Below, piece by piece: positions 8,383 to 17,090 of a stretch of DNA of 32,000 nucleotides; within the stretch, counting starts at the first letter, position 1, and every line of letters begins with the position of its first letter. The DNA comes from an uncultured Alphaproteobacteria bacterium. Lineage in GTDB: Bacteria > Pseudomonadota > Alphaproteobacteria > Rhizobiales > Aestuariivirgaceae. Location: NCBI GenBank assembly GCA_963747005.1, contig CAVVDT010000003.1, positions 336,901-368,900 on the forward strand. Reading direction: 5' to 3'. The notes beneath the pieces are model-generated. The model ran no database searches, was not told the origin of the DNA, and worked only from the letters and a program-made list of their open reading frames with translations. A program made the position numbers and the translations under genes.

Positions 8383-10641
8383 TCAGCGGCTTTGCAGAAG
8401 CCGTCTCAGGCGCAGGTGATTTTCTTCTGCGCGACTGGAACGCTGAATGTTCTGATTGGCACCGGAATTGAACAACGATGCGGCCGATTGGACATTGCTG
8501 GTCGAGCGCTGGCTGGAGAGCGAAAATACGTCCTTGAAAACCGAAGCGACCGCGTCATTGCCCGGCGCCGGCTGGGCGACCGGCAATTGGGCGGTAACGC
8601 TGCTGCGCAACGCGCCGTCGCCAAACGCGGGAATTGACAGCTCCACATTGTTGTCGCCGCGGGCCGCGACATATTTGGCGTAGGTGTCGTCGAGCGGGAT
8701 GCCATCGAGGGCCTTGGGCGGGGCGCCGGCCAGGGCCACCTCCATGAAGGCCTTCCAGGTCATGGCCGGCAACGAACCTCCGGTCACATGCCGCATCTCG
8801 CGCATGTCGTCGTTGCCGAACCATACCCCGGTCACCAGCTGAGCGGTGAAACCCATGAACCAGGCATCGCGGAAATTCTGTGTGGTGCCGGTCTTGCCGG
8901 CCTGTGGCGTGAACCCCAGACGGGCGCGCCGGCCGGTACCGGCCACCACCACCTGGCCGAGCATGTGGTTGAGCTCGCCGATGGTCGCAGCATCGATCAC
9001 CTGCGGCGCTTCCGGCGCATTGCGGGCGCGCGAATAGATCAGTTCGCCGGTCGGCCGGCGAATTTCAAGGACCGAGTAGGCCCGCGCCAGCTTGCCGCCA
9101 TTGGCAAATGTGGCATAGGCCGTCGTCATGTCCATGACCGTCACCTCGTTGGTGCCGAGCGGCAGCGATGGCACGGCCAGCAGATTGGACTTCAGGCCGA
9201 CACGGTGCGCCGTCTCGATGATGGCGGCCCGGCCGATGTCCTGCATCAGGTGAACCGGCACCGAATTATAGGAATGGGCGAGTGCCGTGGTCAGGGTGAT
9301 CCGCCCATGAAAGCGGTGGGAGTAATTCTGCGGTGACCAGTTGCCGATGGTGATGGGCGAGTCGTTGACGATCGTGTCGGGTTTGTAGCCGGCACGCAGC
9401 GCGGCGAGGTAGACAAAGGGCTTGAACGAGGAACCCGGCTGCCGCTTGGCATTGGTGGCACGGTTGAACTGGCTTTCCTCGTAACTGCGCCCGCCGACGA
9501 TGGCTTTCAGGGCGCCATCGGGCTGCATCGAGACCAGCGCCGCCTGGCCGACATCAAATTGCGGGCCTTGTGTATCGAGCATGTCGCTGACGGTCTTCTG
9601 GGCCGCCTTTTGCATGGCACTGTCGAGGGTCGTCTTGACCTCAAGCACATAGTCGCTCTGCAACCCTTGCGAGTCGATCAGATCGAGGGTCTCGCGATAG
9701 GCATAATCGAGGAAATAGTCGGGGCTGTAATAGTCGGCCTGGCTGATCACCTGTGCCGGGTGACGGCGCGCCTCATACAGTTCGCCCTGCGAGATGAAGC
9801 CCACATCGAGCATGCGGTACAAGACGACATTGGCGCGCGCCCGGGCATTGTCGATATTCACCGAGGGAGCGAACTTCGAAGGCGCCTTGAACAGGCCGGC
9901 CAGCATCGCCGCTTCCGACAGGTTTACGTCGCGGATCGACTTGCCGAAATAATACTGCGCCGCCGCCTCGACCCCGTAGGTGCCGCCGCCCAGATAGGAG
10001 CGGTCGAGATACATCTTGAGGATCTCGTCCTTGCTCAGCCGCGCCTCGATCCACAAGGCGAGGAAGGCCTCATGGACCTTGCGTCGCATGGTACGCTCGG
10101 GGCTGAGGAAGAGGTTCTTGGCCAGTTGCTGGGTGAGCGTCGATCCACCCTGCACCACCCCGTCCGCCCGGGCATTGGCCACCATCGCCCTGAAGGTTCC
10201 CTGGATGTCGACGCCGAAATGGCTGTAGAAGCGCGAATCCTCCGTCGCCAGCACCGCCCGGACCACATAGGGCGGGATCTCGGCGAGCGGTATGGCGTCA
10301 TTCTGGCGAATCCCGCGCCGCCCGATGATTTGGCCGTTGATGTCGGTGAAGGTGATGGCGTATTGCCGGCCGCGATTCCACACATCGTCGGTCTCGTGCA
10401 GCGTCGGCAGCGCGTAGGTGACCAGCGCGAAGGCGAACACCAGTCCGAATGTCAGGCCGTCGTCCAGCAGGTCGATGACAACCCGCTTCACGCCCCAGAT
10501 GCGAAAGCGCTCCAGCCACGAAGTATAGCTCGCCCAGCCATCGCGCAGTGCAGCCCCCGCCTCGAAGACGCTCGAACTGATAAGCGAATCGAGCCGCATG
10601 AACCATCGAAGCAAGGGATGTGGTCGCTTGAACTCTGACAC
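8383..10641 (-). CDS. Class A (bifunctional) penicillin-binding protein, PBP1A family
   Basis: GT51 motifs are ATEDSRFYSHFGVD, GGSTLTQQLAKN and RKVHEAF. Transpeptidase motifs are SSFK (GSSFKPFVYLAAL), SYN and KTGTT. The start is uncertain: GTG at 10641 or the in-frame ATG about 14 codons downstream (MRLDS). Confidence 0.92.
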   Translation of the reverse strand: MSEFKRPHPLLRWFMRLDSLISSSVFEAGAALRDGWASYTSWLERFRIWGVKRVVIDLLDDGLTFGLVFAFALVTYALPTLHETDDVWNRGRQYAITFTDINGQIIGRRGIRQNDAIPLAEIPPYVVRAVLATEDSRFYSHFGVDIQGTFRAMVANARADGVVQGGSTLTQQLAKNLFLSPERTMRRKVHEAFLALWIEARLSKDEILKMYLDRSYLGGGTYGVEAAAQYYFGKSIRDVNLSEAAMLAGLFKAPSKFAPSVNIDNARARANVVLYRMLDVGFISQGELYEARRHPAQVISQADYYSPDYFLDYAYRETLDLIDSQGLQSDYVLEVKTTLDSAMQKAAQKTVSDMLDTQGPQFDVGQAALVSMQPDGALKAIVGGRSYEESQFNRATNAKRQPGSSFKPFVYLAALRAGYKPDTIVNDSPITIGNWSPQNYSHRFHGRITLTTALAHSYNSVPVHLMQDIGRAAIIETAHRVGLKSNLLAVPSLPLGTNEVTVMDMTTAYATFANGGKLARAYSVLEIRRPTGELIYSRARNAPEAPQVIDAATIGELNHMLGQVVVAGTGRRARLGFTPQAGKTGTTQNFRDAWFMGFTAQLVTGVWFGNDDMREMRHVTGGSLPAMTWKAFMEVALAGAPPKALDGIPLDDTYAKYVAARGDNNVELSIPAFGDGALRSSVTAQLPVAQPAPGNDAVASVFKDVFSLSSQRSTSNVQSAASLFNSGANQNIQRSSRAEENHLRLRRLLQSR

Positions 10642-10858
10642 CTTGAACTGGCCTGTTTTCCGTGGCTTTCACGGTCAACCCGCTGACCGCATCCGGCTTG
10701 AGCAAAACCATCGGCATCGTGCCGCACCCTCAAAAAGGTGCGCGAACCACAATCCCGGCGACCGGCCATCCTTGCCGCCACACCGGCCCGGTCGTCATGC
10801 TATATATCGCAAATGCCCATGAGTTCCACAACAAAGACCCTGATACAGGTTAACGGCG

Positions 10859-11296
10859 ATGCCTGCTGACGAACGCTTCTGGGAAAAAAAGACGCTTCTC
10901 GAAATGACGTCCGAGGAGTGGGAAGCCCTGTGCGACGGCTGCGGCCAGTGCTGCCGGGTGAAGCTGGAGGACGAGGATACCGGCCGCATTCACCAGACCT
11001 CGGTGGTCTGCCGGCTGCTCGATGCCGGCACCTGCCGCTGCCGCGACTACCCCAACCGGCAGAACCTGGTGCCCGATTGCGTGCGGCTCGAACCGCAGAA
11101 CGTGGCAGAAATCGCGTGGCTTCCCGCAACCTGCGCCTACCGCGTGCTGGCCGAGGGGCGTGAACTGGCCTGGTGGCACCCGCTCATCTCCGGCGAACAG
11201 GCCAGCGTCGCGGCCGCCGGGATATCGGTCAGCGGGCAGGTGGTCTCGGAAAGCGAGGTTGACGAGAAGGAACTGGGTTACTATCTCATCGACTAG
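10859..11296 (+). CDS. ycgN: YcgN family cysteine-cluster protein (UPF0260)
   Basis: FWEKKTLLEMTSEEWEALCDGCGQCCRVKLEDEDTG...VVCRLLDAGTCRCRDYPNR...CVRL...WLPATCAYRVLAEGRELAWWHPLISG is the YcgN/UPF0260 pattern. Confidence 0.88.
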   Translation: MPADERFWEKKTLLEMTSEEWEALCDGCGQCCRVKLEDEDTGRIHQTSVVCRLLDAGTCRCRDYPNRQNLVPDCVRLEPQNVAEIAWLPATCAYRVLAEGRELAWWHPLISGEQASVAAAGISVSGQVVSESEVDEKELGYYLID

Positions 11297-11356
11297 ATCC
11301 TTGAAAGGATTAAAACGCGCAAAGTTTATTTTTTTTCACAGAAATGCAATTTTTTC

Positions 11357-11386
11357 CTTGACATCGTTGCGCTCTTCGGCTATGAA
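11357..11386 (+). promoter_or_regulatory. Sigma70-type promoter candidate upstream of the GTA cluster
   Basis: CTTGACA (-35, 11357-11363), a 17-nt spacer and TATGAA (-10, 11381-11386), preceded by an A/T-rich UP-like tract (11321-11355). It is close to the rhizobial CTTGAC-N17-CTATAT consensus. It would give a leader of about 160 nt before the ATG at 11553. Confidence 0.45.
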
Positions 11387-11552
11387 TTTGCCACGCTCCG
11401 GAAATGGGCCTTGGGGACGCAACCGCCGCACGGCGGGCGCGCCGGGCAAGCACCAGCCGGACACCTTCATCGCATCATCCAGCCATGACCGCGTCCCGTC
11501 GCCGCTTCGGTGCTGGCCGCCTCGTGCTGCCCTATCGGAAAACGGAACATCC

Positions 11553-12086
11553 ATGGACGACGACCGCGGCGCCGGGAGCGGAGTTGCTTGCACGCCGCCG
11601 GCAGTTGACGACGACAGGACGTCGGCGATTGCCTGCGACTACCTCGAAAGGCGACTGCCGATCGACGAGATCCTGAAGCGCCATCACATCTCTTACCGCT
11701 GCTTTTATCGCCTGATCGACAATGAGGGTTGGGCAAGACGGAGACCGCAGCGATCAAAGAAGGCGGAAGTGAGGATGCACAGCCCCGCTGCGCTGCTTGC
11801 CCGCTTGCGCAAACTGGCGCGGCGGCGCATCGCCGCGCTGGAAAAGGCGGCGAACACCGATGCAACAGACTTTGCCGGCCATGAGCGCCAGGTCAGGACG
11901 CTCACTGCCCTTGTCTCGCTGGTCAGGCACATCGAAGAACTCGAAGCCGCGAGCAGGTCGGACAGCGCGGCCGCACCTCGGGTCATGACGCCGGAAGAGG
12001 CCGATGAGCGACGCCAGAAGCTTGCGCAAATGCTTGTTGCAATGCTCGAGCAGGCAGGCGGTCGACGACTTCCTGACAGCGGTTGA
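11553..12086 (+). CDS. g1-position protein: putative HTH / small-terminase-like protein
   Basis: The ATG at 11553 lies within track ORF 11022..12086, whose upstream part overlaps ycgN and the promoter region. There is a possible HTH (LPIDEILKRHHISYRCFYRLI) followed by a predicted coiled coil (LARLRKLARRRIAALEKAA...IEELEAA). It sits immediately upstream of TerL and overlaps it. The function is inferred from position only. Confidence 0.5.
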   Translation: MDDDRGAGSGVACTPPAVDDDRTSAIACDYLERRLPIDEILKRHHISYRCFYRLIDNEGWARRRPQRSKKAEVRMHSPAALLARLRKLARRRIAALEKAANTDATDFAGHERQVRTLTALVSLVRHIEELEAASRSDSAAAPRVMTPEEADERRQKLAQMLVAMLEQAGGRRLPDSG

Positions 12087-13359
12087 CGGCGAGGATCTGG
12101 GCTTTCTGCAAGCTGACTGGGCAACGCTTGCCCGTGACGATCAATGGCCGGCGCTGGCGCCTGCAGGCGAAAGCGGACCGGCCACGTGGCTGTTCATCGG
12201 CGGGCGCGGTGCCGGCAAGACTCGCGCGGGTGCTGAGTGGGTGCGCCGCATGGCCATCGACCGCCGGCTGCGACCGCCGGGCGAGGACCTGGTGCGCATC
12301 GCCCTGGTGGGCCCCACCCTGAGCGAGGTACGCCAGGTGATGGTGGAGGGGCAATCGGGGTTGTTGGCCGTTCATGGGGATCGTGACGTCCGCCCGCTGT
12401 TTGAACCCTCGCGCCGGCAACTGACCTGGCCCGATCTGGCCATCGCCCAGATGTTTTCCGCCGAGGAGCCGGACAGCCTGCGCGGCTTCCAGTTCCACGC
12501 CGCCTGGTGCGACGAACTGGCCAAATGGCGCCAGTCCCGCGCCACCTGGGACATGCTCGAATTCGGCATGCGCCTGGGCGACAATCCGCAGCGCGTAGTG
12601 ACCACGACGCCGCGGCCGATACCGCTTCTGAAGGCGCTGATGGCCGATCCGGCGACCCTCGTTACGCGGGCAAGGACGGCTGACAACGCCGGCTTTCTGG
12701 CCCGCACCTTTCTCGATCACGTGACGGCGCGCTATGGCGGTACCGTCCTCGGCCGCCAGGAACTGGATGCCGAGATCATCGAGGAAGTTCAGGGCGCGCT
12801 GTTCTCGCGCCGCCTGATCGAGGCGGGACGTATCACTGCTGCGCCGGACCTTGTGCGCATCGTCGTTGCCGTCGATCCACCGGTGAGCCGCGGCCCCAAG
12901 GCGGCGGCCTGCGGCATCGTCTGCGCCGGGCGCGGGGCCGACGGGCGCGGCTATGTGCTCGACGACATGACCATCGAGGGCGCAAGCCCCATGGGCTGGG
13001 TGGCGCGTGCCGCTGGCCTCTATCACGCCCGCACCGCCGACCGGCTGGTGGCCGAGGTCAACCAGGGGGGCGATCTCGTAGCCAGCCTCTTGCGCGAAGT
13101 CGATCCGACGGTCGCCTATCGCGCCGTCCATGCCCGCCAGGGCAAGCGCTTGCGGGCCGAACCGGTCGCCGCGCTCTACGAACAGGGCCGGGTCTCCCAC
13201 GTCGGGGCATTTCCCGAACTCGAAGACGAAATGTGCAGTTTCATCGGGGCGGGCGACAGACCTGAGCGCAGTCCCGACCGCCTCGATGCCCTGGTGTGGG
13301 CCTTGAGCGACCTCTTGCTCGCCCGGCCGCGCACCGTGCCGCGCATCCGCCAACTGTAG
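12004..13359 (+). CDS. GTA/phage terminase large subunit (g2, TerL)
   Basis: The N-terminus is LGFLQADWATLARDDQWP followed by the Walker A segment WLFIGGRGAGKTRAGAEWVR, typical of RcGTA g2-type DNA-packaging proteins. The start is uncertain: ATG at 12004 gives an 83-nt overlap with the g1-like ORF, and in-frame TTG codons at 12034/12037 are alternatives. Confidence 0.9.
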   Translation: MSDARSLRKCLLQCSSRQAVDDFLTAVDGEDLGFLQADWATLARDDQWPALAPAGESGPATWLFIGGRGAGKTRAGAEWVRRMAIDRRLRPPGEDLVRIALVGPTLSEVRQVMVEGQSGLLAVHGDRDVRPLFEPSRRQLTWPDLAIAQMFSAEEPDSLRGFQFHAAWCDELAKWRQSRATWDMLEFGMRLGDNPQRVVTTTPRPIPLLKALMADPATLVTRARTADNAGFLARTFLDHVTARYGGTVLGRQELDAEIIEEVQGALFSRRLIEAGRITAAPDLVRIVVAVDPPVSRGPKAAACGIVCAGRGADGRGYVLDDMTIEGASPMGWVARAAGLYHARTADRLVAEVNQGGDLVASLLREVDPTVAYRAVHARQGKRLRAEPVAALYEQGRVSHVGAFPELEDEMCSFIGAGDRPERSPDRLDALVWALSDLLLARPRTVPRIRQL

Positions 13360-13377
13360 GAAAAGCCCGGAGGCTCA

Positions 13378-14601
13378 ATGCCAAACTGGTTCTCTTTGCT
13401 CGCCCGCCTCGTGGGCGCGGCACCCGCTTCGCCACCCGAGGCCAAGCGCAGCCGTACCGGTCCCCTGATTGCCCTGCAGACCGGCCACCAGCCGGTATGG
13501 ACGCCACGCAACTACCAGGCCCTGGCGAAGGAAGGCTTTGCCACCAATGCCGTGGGCTATCGCTGCGTGCGCATGATCTCCGAGGCCGCAGCGTCCGTCG
13601 AATGGCTGCTCTATGAGGACCAGCGCGAGCTTACCCGCCACCCTCTGCTCGACCTGCTGGCCCGGCCCAATCCGGTCGAGGACGGCCGTTCGCTGATGGA
13701 AGCTTTCTACGGCCACCTCTACATCGCCGGAAGCGCCTATCTGGAGGCTGCCAGCATCGATGGCGAGGTGCGCGAGTTGCATGCGCTGCGTCCCGACCGC
13801 ATGCGCGTGGTGGCCGGCGAGGACGGCTGGCCGGAAGCTTATGATTATACCATCGCCGGCCGCTCGGTGCGCTTTGCCCAGGACGGCAACGGCCCGGTAC
13901 CGCCGATCATGCACCTGCGCCTGTTCAATCCGACCGACGACCATTACGGCCTGTCGCCGCTGGAGGCCGCCGCCCGTGCCATCGACATCCACAACGCCGC
14001 CGGCGCCTGGAACAAGGCCCTGCTCGACAATTCCGCCCGGCCCTCGGGCGCTCTCATCTACAATGGCGGCGAAGCGGGCGGCCTCACCGAGGAACAGTTC
14101 GATCGCCTGAAGCAGGAGCTGGAGACCTCCTATCAGGGCGCCGTCAATGCCGGACGCCCGCTGGTGCTGGAAGGCGGCCTCGACTGGAAACCGCTGTCGC
14201 TCACCCCGCGCGACATGCAGCATATCGAGCTCCGATACGTGGCGGCGCGCGATATCGCACTGGCTTTCGGCGTGCCCCCCATGCTGCTCGGCATCCCCGG
14301 CGACAACACCTTTTCCAATTATGCCGAGGCCAACCGCACCTTTTGGCGCCAGACGGTGTTGCCGCTGGTCGCCCGCACCGCCGGTGCGCTCAGCCACTGG
14401 CTGAGACCGGTGTGGGGCGGCGGATTGAGCCTCGGCTACGACGCCGACAAGATCGAGGCCCTGGCGGGCGATCGCCAGGCCCTGTGGTCGAGCCTTGAGC
14501 AGGCCAGGTTCCTGACCGTCAACGAAAAGCGCATGGCCGTGGGTTACGGCGCGTTGGCAGACGGTGATCGCCTCCCGAGTAGTGCGACGGGGGCGGCCTG
14601 A
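13378..14601 (+). CDS. Phage portal protein, HK97 family (g3)
   Basis: The size (407 aa), the position between TerL and the protease, and motifs such as NAVGYRCVRMISEAAASV, PLLDLLARPNP and MLLGIPGDNTFSNYAEANRTFWRQTV fit HK97-type portals. Confidence 0.9.
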   Translation: MPNWFSLLARLVGAAPASPPEAKRSRTGPLIALQTGHQPVWTPRNYQALAKEGFATNAVGYRCVRMISEAAASVEWLLYEDQRELTRHPLLDLLARPNPVEDGRSLMEAFYGHLYIAGSAYLEAASIDGEVRELHALRPDRMRVVAGEDGWPEAYDYTIAGRSVRFAQDGNGPVPPIMHLRLFNPTDDHYGLSPLEAAARAIDIHNAAGAWNKALLDNSARPSGALIYNGGEAGGLTEEQFDRLKQELETSYQGAVNAGRPLVLEGGLDWKPLSLTPRDMQHIELRYVAARDIALAFGVPPMLLGIPGDNTFSNYAEANRTFWRQTVLPLVARTAGALSHWLRPVWGGGLSLGYDADKIEALAGDRQALWSSLEQARFLTVNEKRMAVGYGALADGDRLPSSATGAA

Positions 14602-14603
14602 TC

Positions 14604-15146
14604 ATGGCGACCGCAGCGCATTCCTTCAATACTTCTGGTCCAGTCGATGCAGGCGCGGTCGTCTCCGGCTATGCCAGCCTGTTCAACCTGCCCGACTCAA
14701 GCGGCGATGTGGTCCTGCCGGGCGCCTTTGCCAGGACCCTGGCGCGGCGCGGGCCAGACGGTGTCCGCATGCTCTGGCAGCACGATCCGGCTCAGCCTAT
14801 CGGGCGCTGGACCAGCCTCGTGGAGGACCGCCTGGGCCTCAAGGTCACGGGCCGGCTGACGGCAGGTGTCGCGACTGCCGACGACCTCGCCCGGCTGGTT
14901 GCCGATGCGGCCGTCGATGGCCTGTCCATAGGGTTCCGCACCGTGCGTGCCACATCGGACCCCAAGCGCGGCATCCGCCTGATCCGCGAGATCGATCTGT
15001 GGGAGGTGTCGCTTGTCACCTTCCCCATGCATCCCCGCGCCCGTCTCGTCCCGAGCGGTCCGCAAGGGATGAACGGCGGCGATCGCGCCGCCCTGGTCCG
15101 GCGTCTCGATGAGGCGAGGCGGACGATGCATTTGTCCATGTCATGA
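14604..15146 (+). CDS. HK97 family prohead protease (g4)
   Basis: VSGYASLFNLPDSSGDVVLPGAFARTL...MLWQHDPAQPIGRW...GLSIGF...EIDLWEVSLVTFPM is the HK97 prohead protease pattern. The gene starts 3 nt after the portal stop. Confidence 0.9.
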   Translation: MATAAHSFNTSGPVDAGAVVSGYASLFNLPDSSGDVVLPGAFARTLARRGPDGVRMLWQHDPAQPIGRWTSLVEDRLGLKVTGRLTAGVATADDLARLVADAAVDGLSIGFRTVRATSDPKRGIRLIREIDLWEVSLVTFPMHPRARLVPSGPQGMNGGDRAALVRRLDEARRTMHLSMS

Positions 15147-16420
15147 GGAGCATTGAAGAAGAGATGGATAGGGTTCCGCAGTATGAAACCAAGGTCGAGC
15201 CAGCCCCGCGCGACGTCAATGACGCCTTCGACGGCTTCATGACGACGTTCGAGGCTTTCCGCCAGGCCAACGATCGCCGGCTTGACGAGATCGAGCAGCG
15301 CATGAGCGCCGATGTCGTAACCCGCGACAAGGTCGAGCGCCTCAACAGCGCCCTCGACGAACACAAGGCCAAGCTCGACACCCTGACCCTGAAGGGCGCC
15401 CGTCCGCGCCTCGGCCGCGATGGCGACGAAGGGCGCGTCAGCCGGCCGAGCGAGCACAAGGCCGCCTTCGAGCGCTATGTGCGTCGCGGCGAAACCTCCG
15501 CGCTGGCCAATCTGGAAGCCAAGAGCCTGTCGGTGGGCAGCGACCCCGACGGCGGCTATCTGGTGCCGGACGAGACCGAAACGGAAATCGGCCGCCTGCT
15601 TGCCGCTGCCTCGCCGATCCGCGCCATCGCTGGCGTCCGGCAGGTTTCGGCCTCGGTCTACAAGAAGCCCTTTGCCATCACGGGTGCGGCGACCGGCTGG
15701 GTGGGCGAGACGGCGGCGCGGACCGAGACCGCCTCGCCGACGCTGGCCGAACTGCAGTTCCCGACCATGGAACTCTATGCCATGCCGGCCGCCACCCAGA
15801 GCCTGCTGGATGATGCCGCGGTCAATGTCGACCAGTGGATCGCCGAGGAGGTGCAGACGGTATTCGCCGAACAGGAAGGCGCTGCCTTCGTCACCGGCGA
15901 TGGCACCAACAAGCCGCGCGGCTTCCTCGACTACACCAGCGTCGATGATGCTTCGTGGAGCTGGGGCAACATCGGCTATGTGCCGACCGGCGTCGCTGGC
16001 GATTTTCCCGCAAGCGATGCCTCCGATGTGCTGGTCGATCTGGTCTACAGCCTGAAGAGCGGCTACCGCCAGGGTGCCTACTGGGTGATGAACCGCAAGA
16101 CCCAGGCCGAAATCAGGAAGCTCAAGGATGCCAACGGCCACTACCTCTGGCAGCCGGCGGCCACCGCCGACGGGCGCGCCAGCCTGATGAGCTTTCCCAT
16201 CGCCGAGGCCGAGGACATGCCCGACATCGCCGCCGATTCCACCGCGATCGCCTTCGGCGATTTCCGCCGCGGTTATCTGATCGTCGACCGGCTGGGGGTC
16301 AGGGTGCTGCGCGATCCCTATTCCTCCAAGCCCTACGTGCTGTTCTACACCACCAAGCGTGTTGGCGGCGGCGTGCAGAATTTCGAAGCGATCAAGCTGT
16401 TGAAGTTTGCTGTGTCGTAG
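15143..16420 (+). CDS. HK97 family major capsid protein (g5)
   Basis: The ATG overlaps the protease stop (ATGA at 15143-15146). An N-terminal coiled-coil delta-like region is followed by an HK97-fold core (LQFPTMELYAMPAATQSLLDDAAVNVDQWIAEEV...GDGTNKPRGFL). Confidence 0.92.
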   Translation: MRSIEEEMDRVPQYETKVEPAPRDVNDAFDGFMTTFEAFRQANDRRLDEIEQRMSADVVTRDKVERLNSALDEHKAKLDTLTLKGARPRLGRDGDEGRVSRPSEHKAAFERYVRRGETSALANLEAKSLSVGSDPDGGYLVPDETETEIGRLLAAASPIRAIAGVRQVSASVYKKPFAITGAATGWVGETAARTETASPTLAELQFPTMELYAMPAATQSLLDDAAVNVDQWIAEEVQTVFAEQEGAAFVTGDGTNKPRGFLDYTSVDDASWSWGNIGYVPTGVAGDFPASDASDVLVDLVYSLKSGYRQGAYWVMNRKTQAEIRKLKDANGHYLWQPAATADGRASLMSFPIAEAEDMPDIAADSTAIAFGDFRRGYLIVDRLGVRVLRDPYSSKPYVLFYTTKRVGGGVQNFEAIKLLKFAVS

Positions 16421-16435
16421 TCTGCCTTCCGCCCG

Positions 16436-16471
16436 CTCCGCCGCTTCCTGAGACAGGGGGGGGCGGCGGAG
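16436..16471 (+). promoter_or_regulatory. GC-rich stem-loop in the capsid/g6 intergenic gap
   Basis: CTCCGCCGC (16436-16444) is the exact reverse complement of GCGGCGGAG (16463-16471), with an 18-nt G-rich loop and no following T-run. It lies in the only sizeable gap (91 nt) of the head module. Confidence 0.45.
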
Positions 16472-16511
16472 ACCGCCTGCCCCGACCCAATCCAAAGAGA
16501 TCGGCATTTCC

Positions 16512-17090
16512 ATGCCCTTGATGCTCGTGACGCCCCCTCAGGGCGAACCCTTGAGCCTTGCCGAGGCCAAGACGTTTCTGCGGCTCGACACAACCGACGA
16601 CGACGTGGTGGTGAGCGATCTGATTGCCGCTGCCCGCCAGCGCATCGAGACCGGTGCCGGCCTGGCGCTGCTCACCCAGAACTGGCGCCTGGTGCTCGAC
16701 GATTGGCCCTCAAGTCGCGAAGTGGGGCTGATACCCGTGCCTGTCGCCAATGTCGATGCGGTACGGGTCCTCGATGCCGACGGCGTCGCCGAGGTCATCG
16801 ATCCGGTCGATTACCTGGCCGAGACGACGTCGCGCCCGGCCCGCCTGGTCCTGCTTTCATCGCGCCAATGGGGGAAGCCCGGACGCGCGGCCGGTGGTAT
16901 CGAGATCGATTTCACCGCCGGCTACGGCAGCGATGCCTCGAGCGTCCCGCTCCCCCTGCGCCAGGCCGTCATGCATCTGGTGACCGAGGCCTACGAGAAC
17001 CGCGAAGGCGGCAGGCCGCAATCACAGCCCGGACGCCTTTCCCCCATCGTGGCGCAACTCATCGGACCCTACCGGAGGGCGCGCCTGTGA
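16512..17090 (+). CDS. Head-tail connector protein, gp6-like (g6)
   Basis: PLSLAEAKTFLRLDTTDDDVVVSDLIAAARQRIETGAGLALLTQNWRLVLDDWP is the phage gp6-like connector motif. Confidence 0.85.
   Translation: MPLMLVTPPQGEPLSLAEAKTFLRLDTTDDDVVVSDLIAAARQRIETGAGLALLTQNWRLVLDDWPSSREVGLIPVPVANVDAVRVLDADGVAEVIDPVDYLAETTSRPARLVLLSSRQWGKPGRAAGGIEIDFTAGYGSDASSVPLPLRQAVMHLVTEAYENREGGRPQSQPGRLSPIVAQLIGPYRRARL

Noticed and set aside
11298-11312. Small hairpin ATCCTT-GAA-AAGGAT after ycgN as a terminator.
   Set aside because: It has only a 6-bp AT-containing stem with a 3-nt loop. The T-run starts about 15 nt later, which is too weak to call.
11300-11330. Possible CtrA box upstream of the GTA cluster (TTAA at 11310-11313 followed by 7 nt).
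   Set aside because: The second half-site reads AAAG rather than TTAA, so it is only a half-site. TTAA-N13-TTAA around 6958-6978 also has the wrong spacing.
11022-11552. Upstream two-thirds of the 354-aa track ORF 11022..12086.
   Set aside because: This part overlaps ycgN in another frame and then crosses the terminator-like and promoter region. Its translation is Arg/Pro/Ser-rich junk. Only the portion from ATG 11553 looks like a real protein.
11983-13353. 456-aa ORF on the minus strand opposite the terminase gene. Similar long antisense ORFs occur at 13375..14397, 14792..16513, 17340..18617, 20228..21490, 26660..27754, 28654..29859 and 30339..31439, and at 9559..10638 on the plus strand opposite the PBP gene.
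   Set aside because: These are typical shadow ORFs of GC-rich DNA. Each lies antisense to a gene with clear family motifs. Their products are Arg/Ala/Gly/Pro-rich with no recognisable domains.
16703-17086. N-terminal extension of the g7 ORF (track ORF 16703..17410).
   Set aside because: It lies entirely within g6 in a different frame. Homology to head-closure proteins begins at the GTG at 17087, which overlaps the g6 stop.
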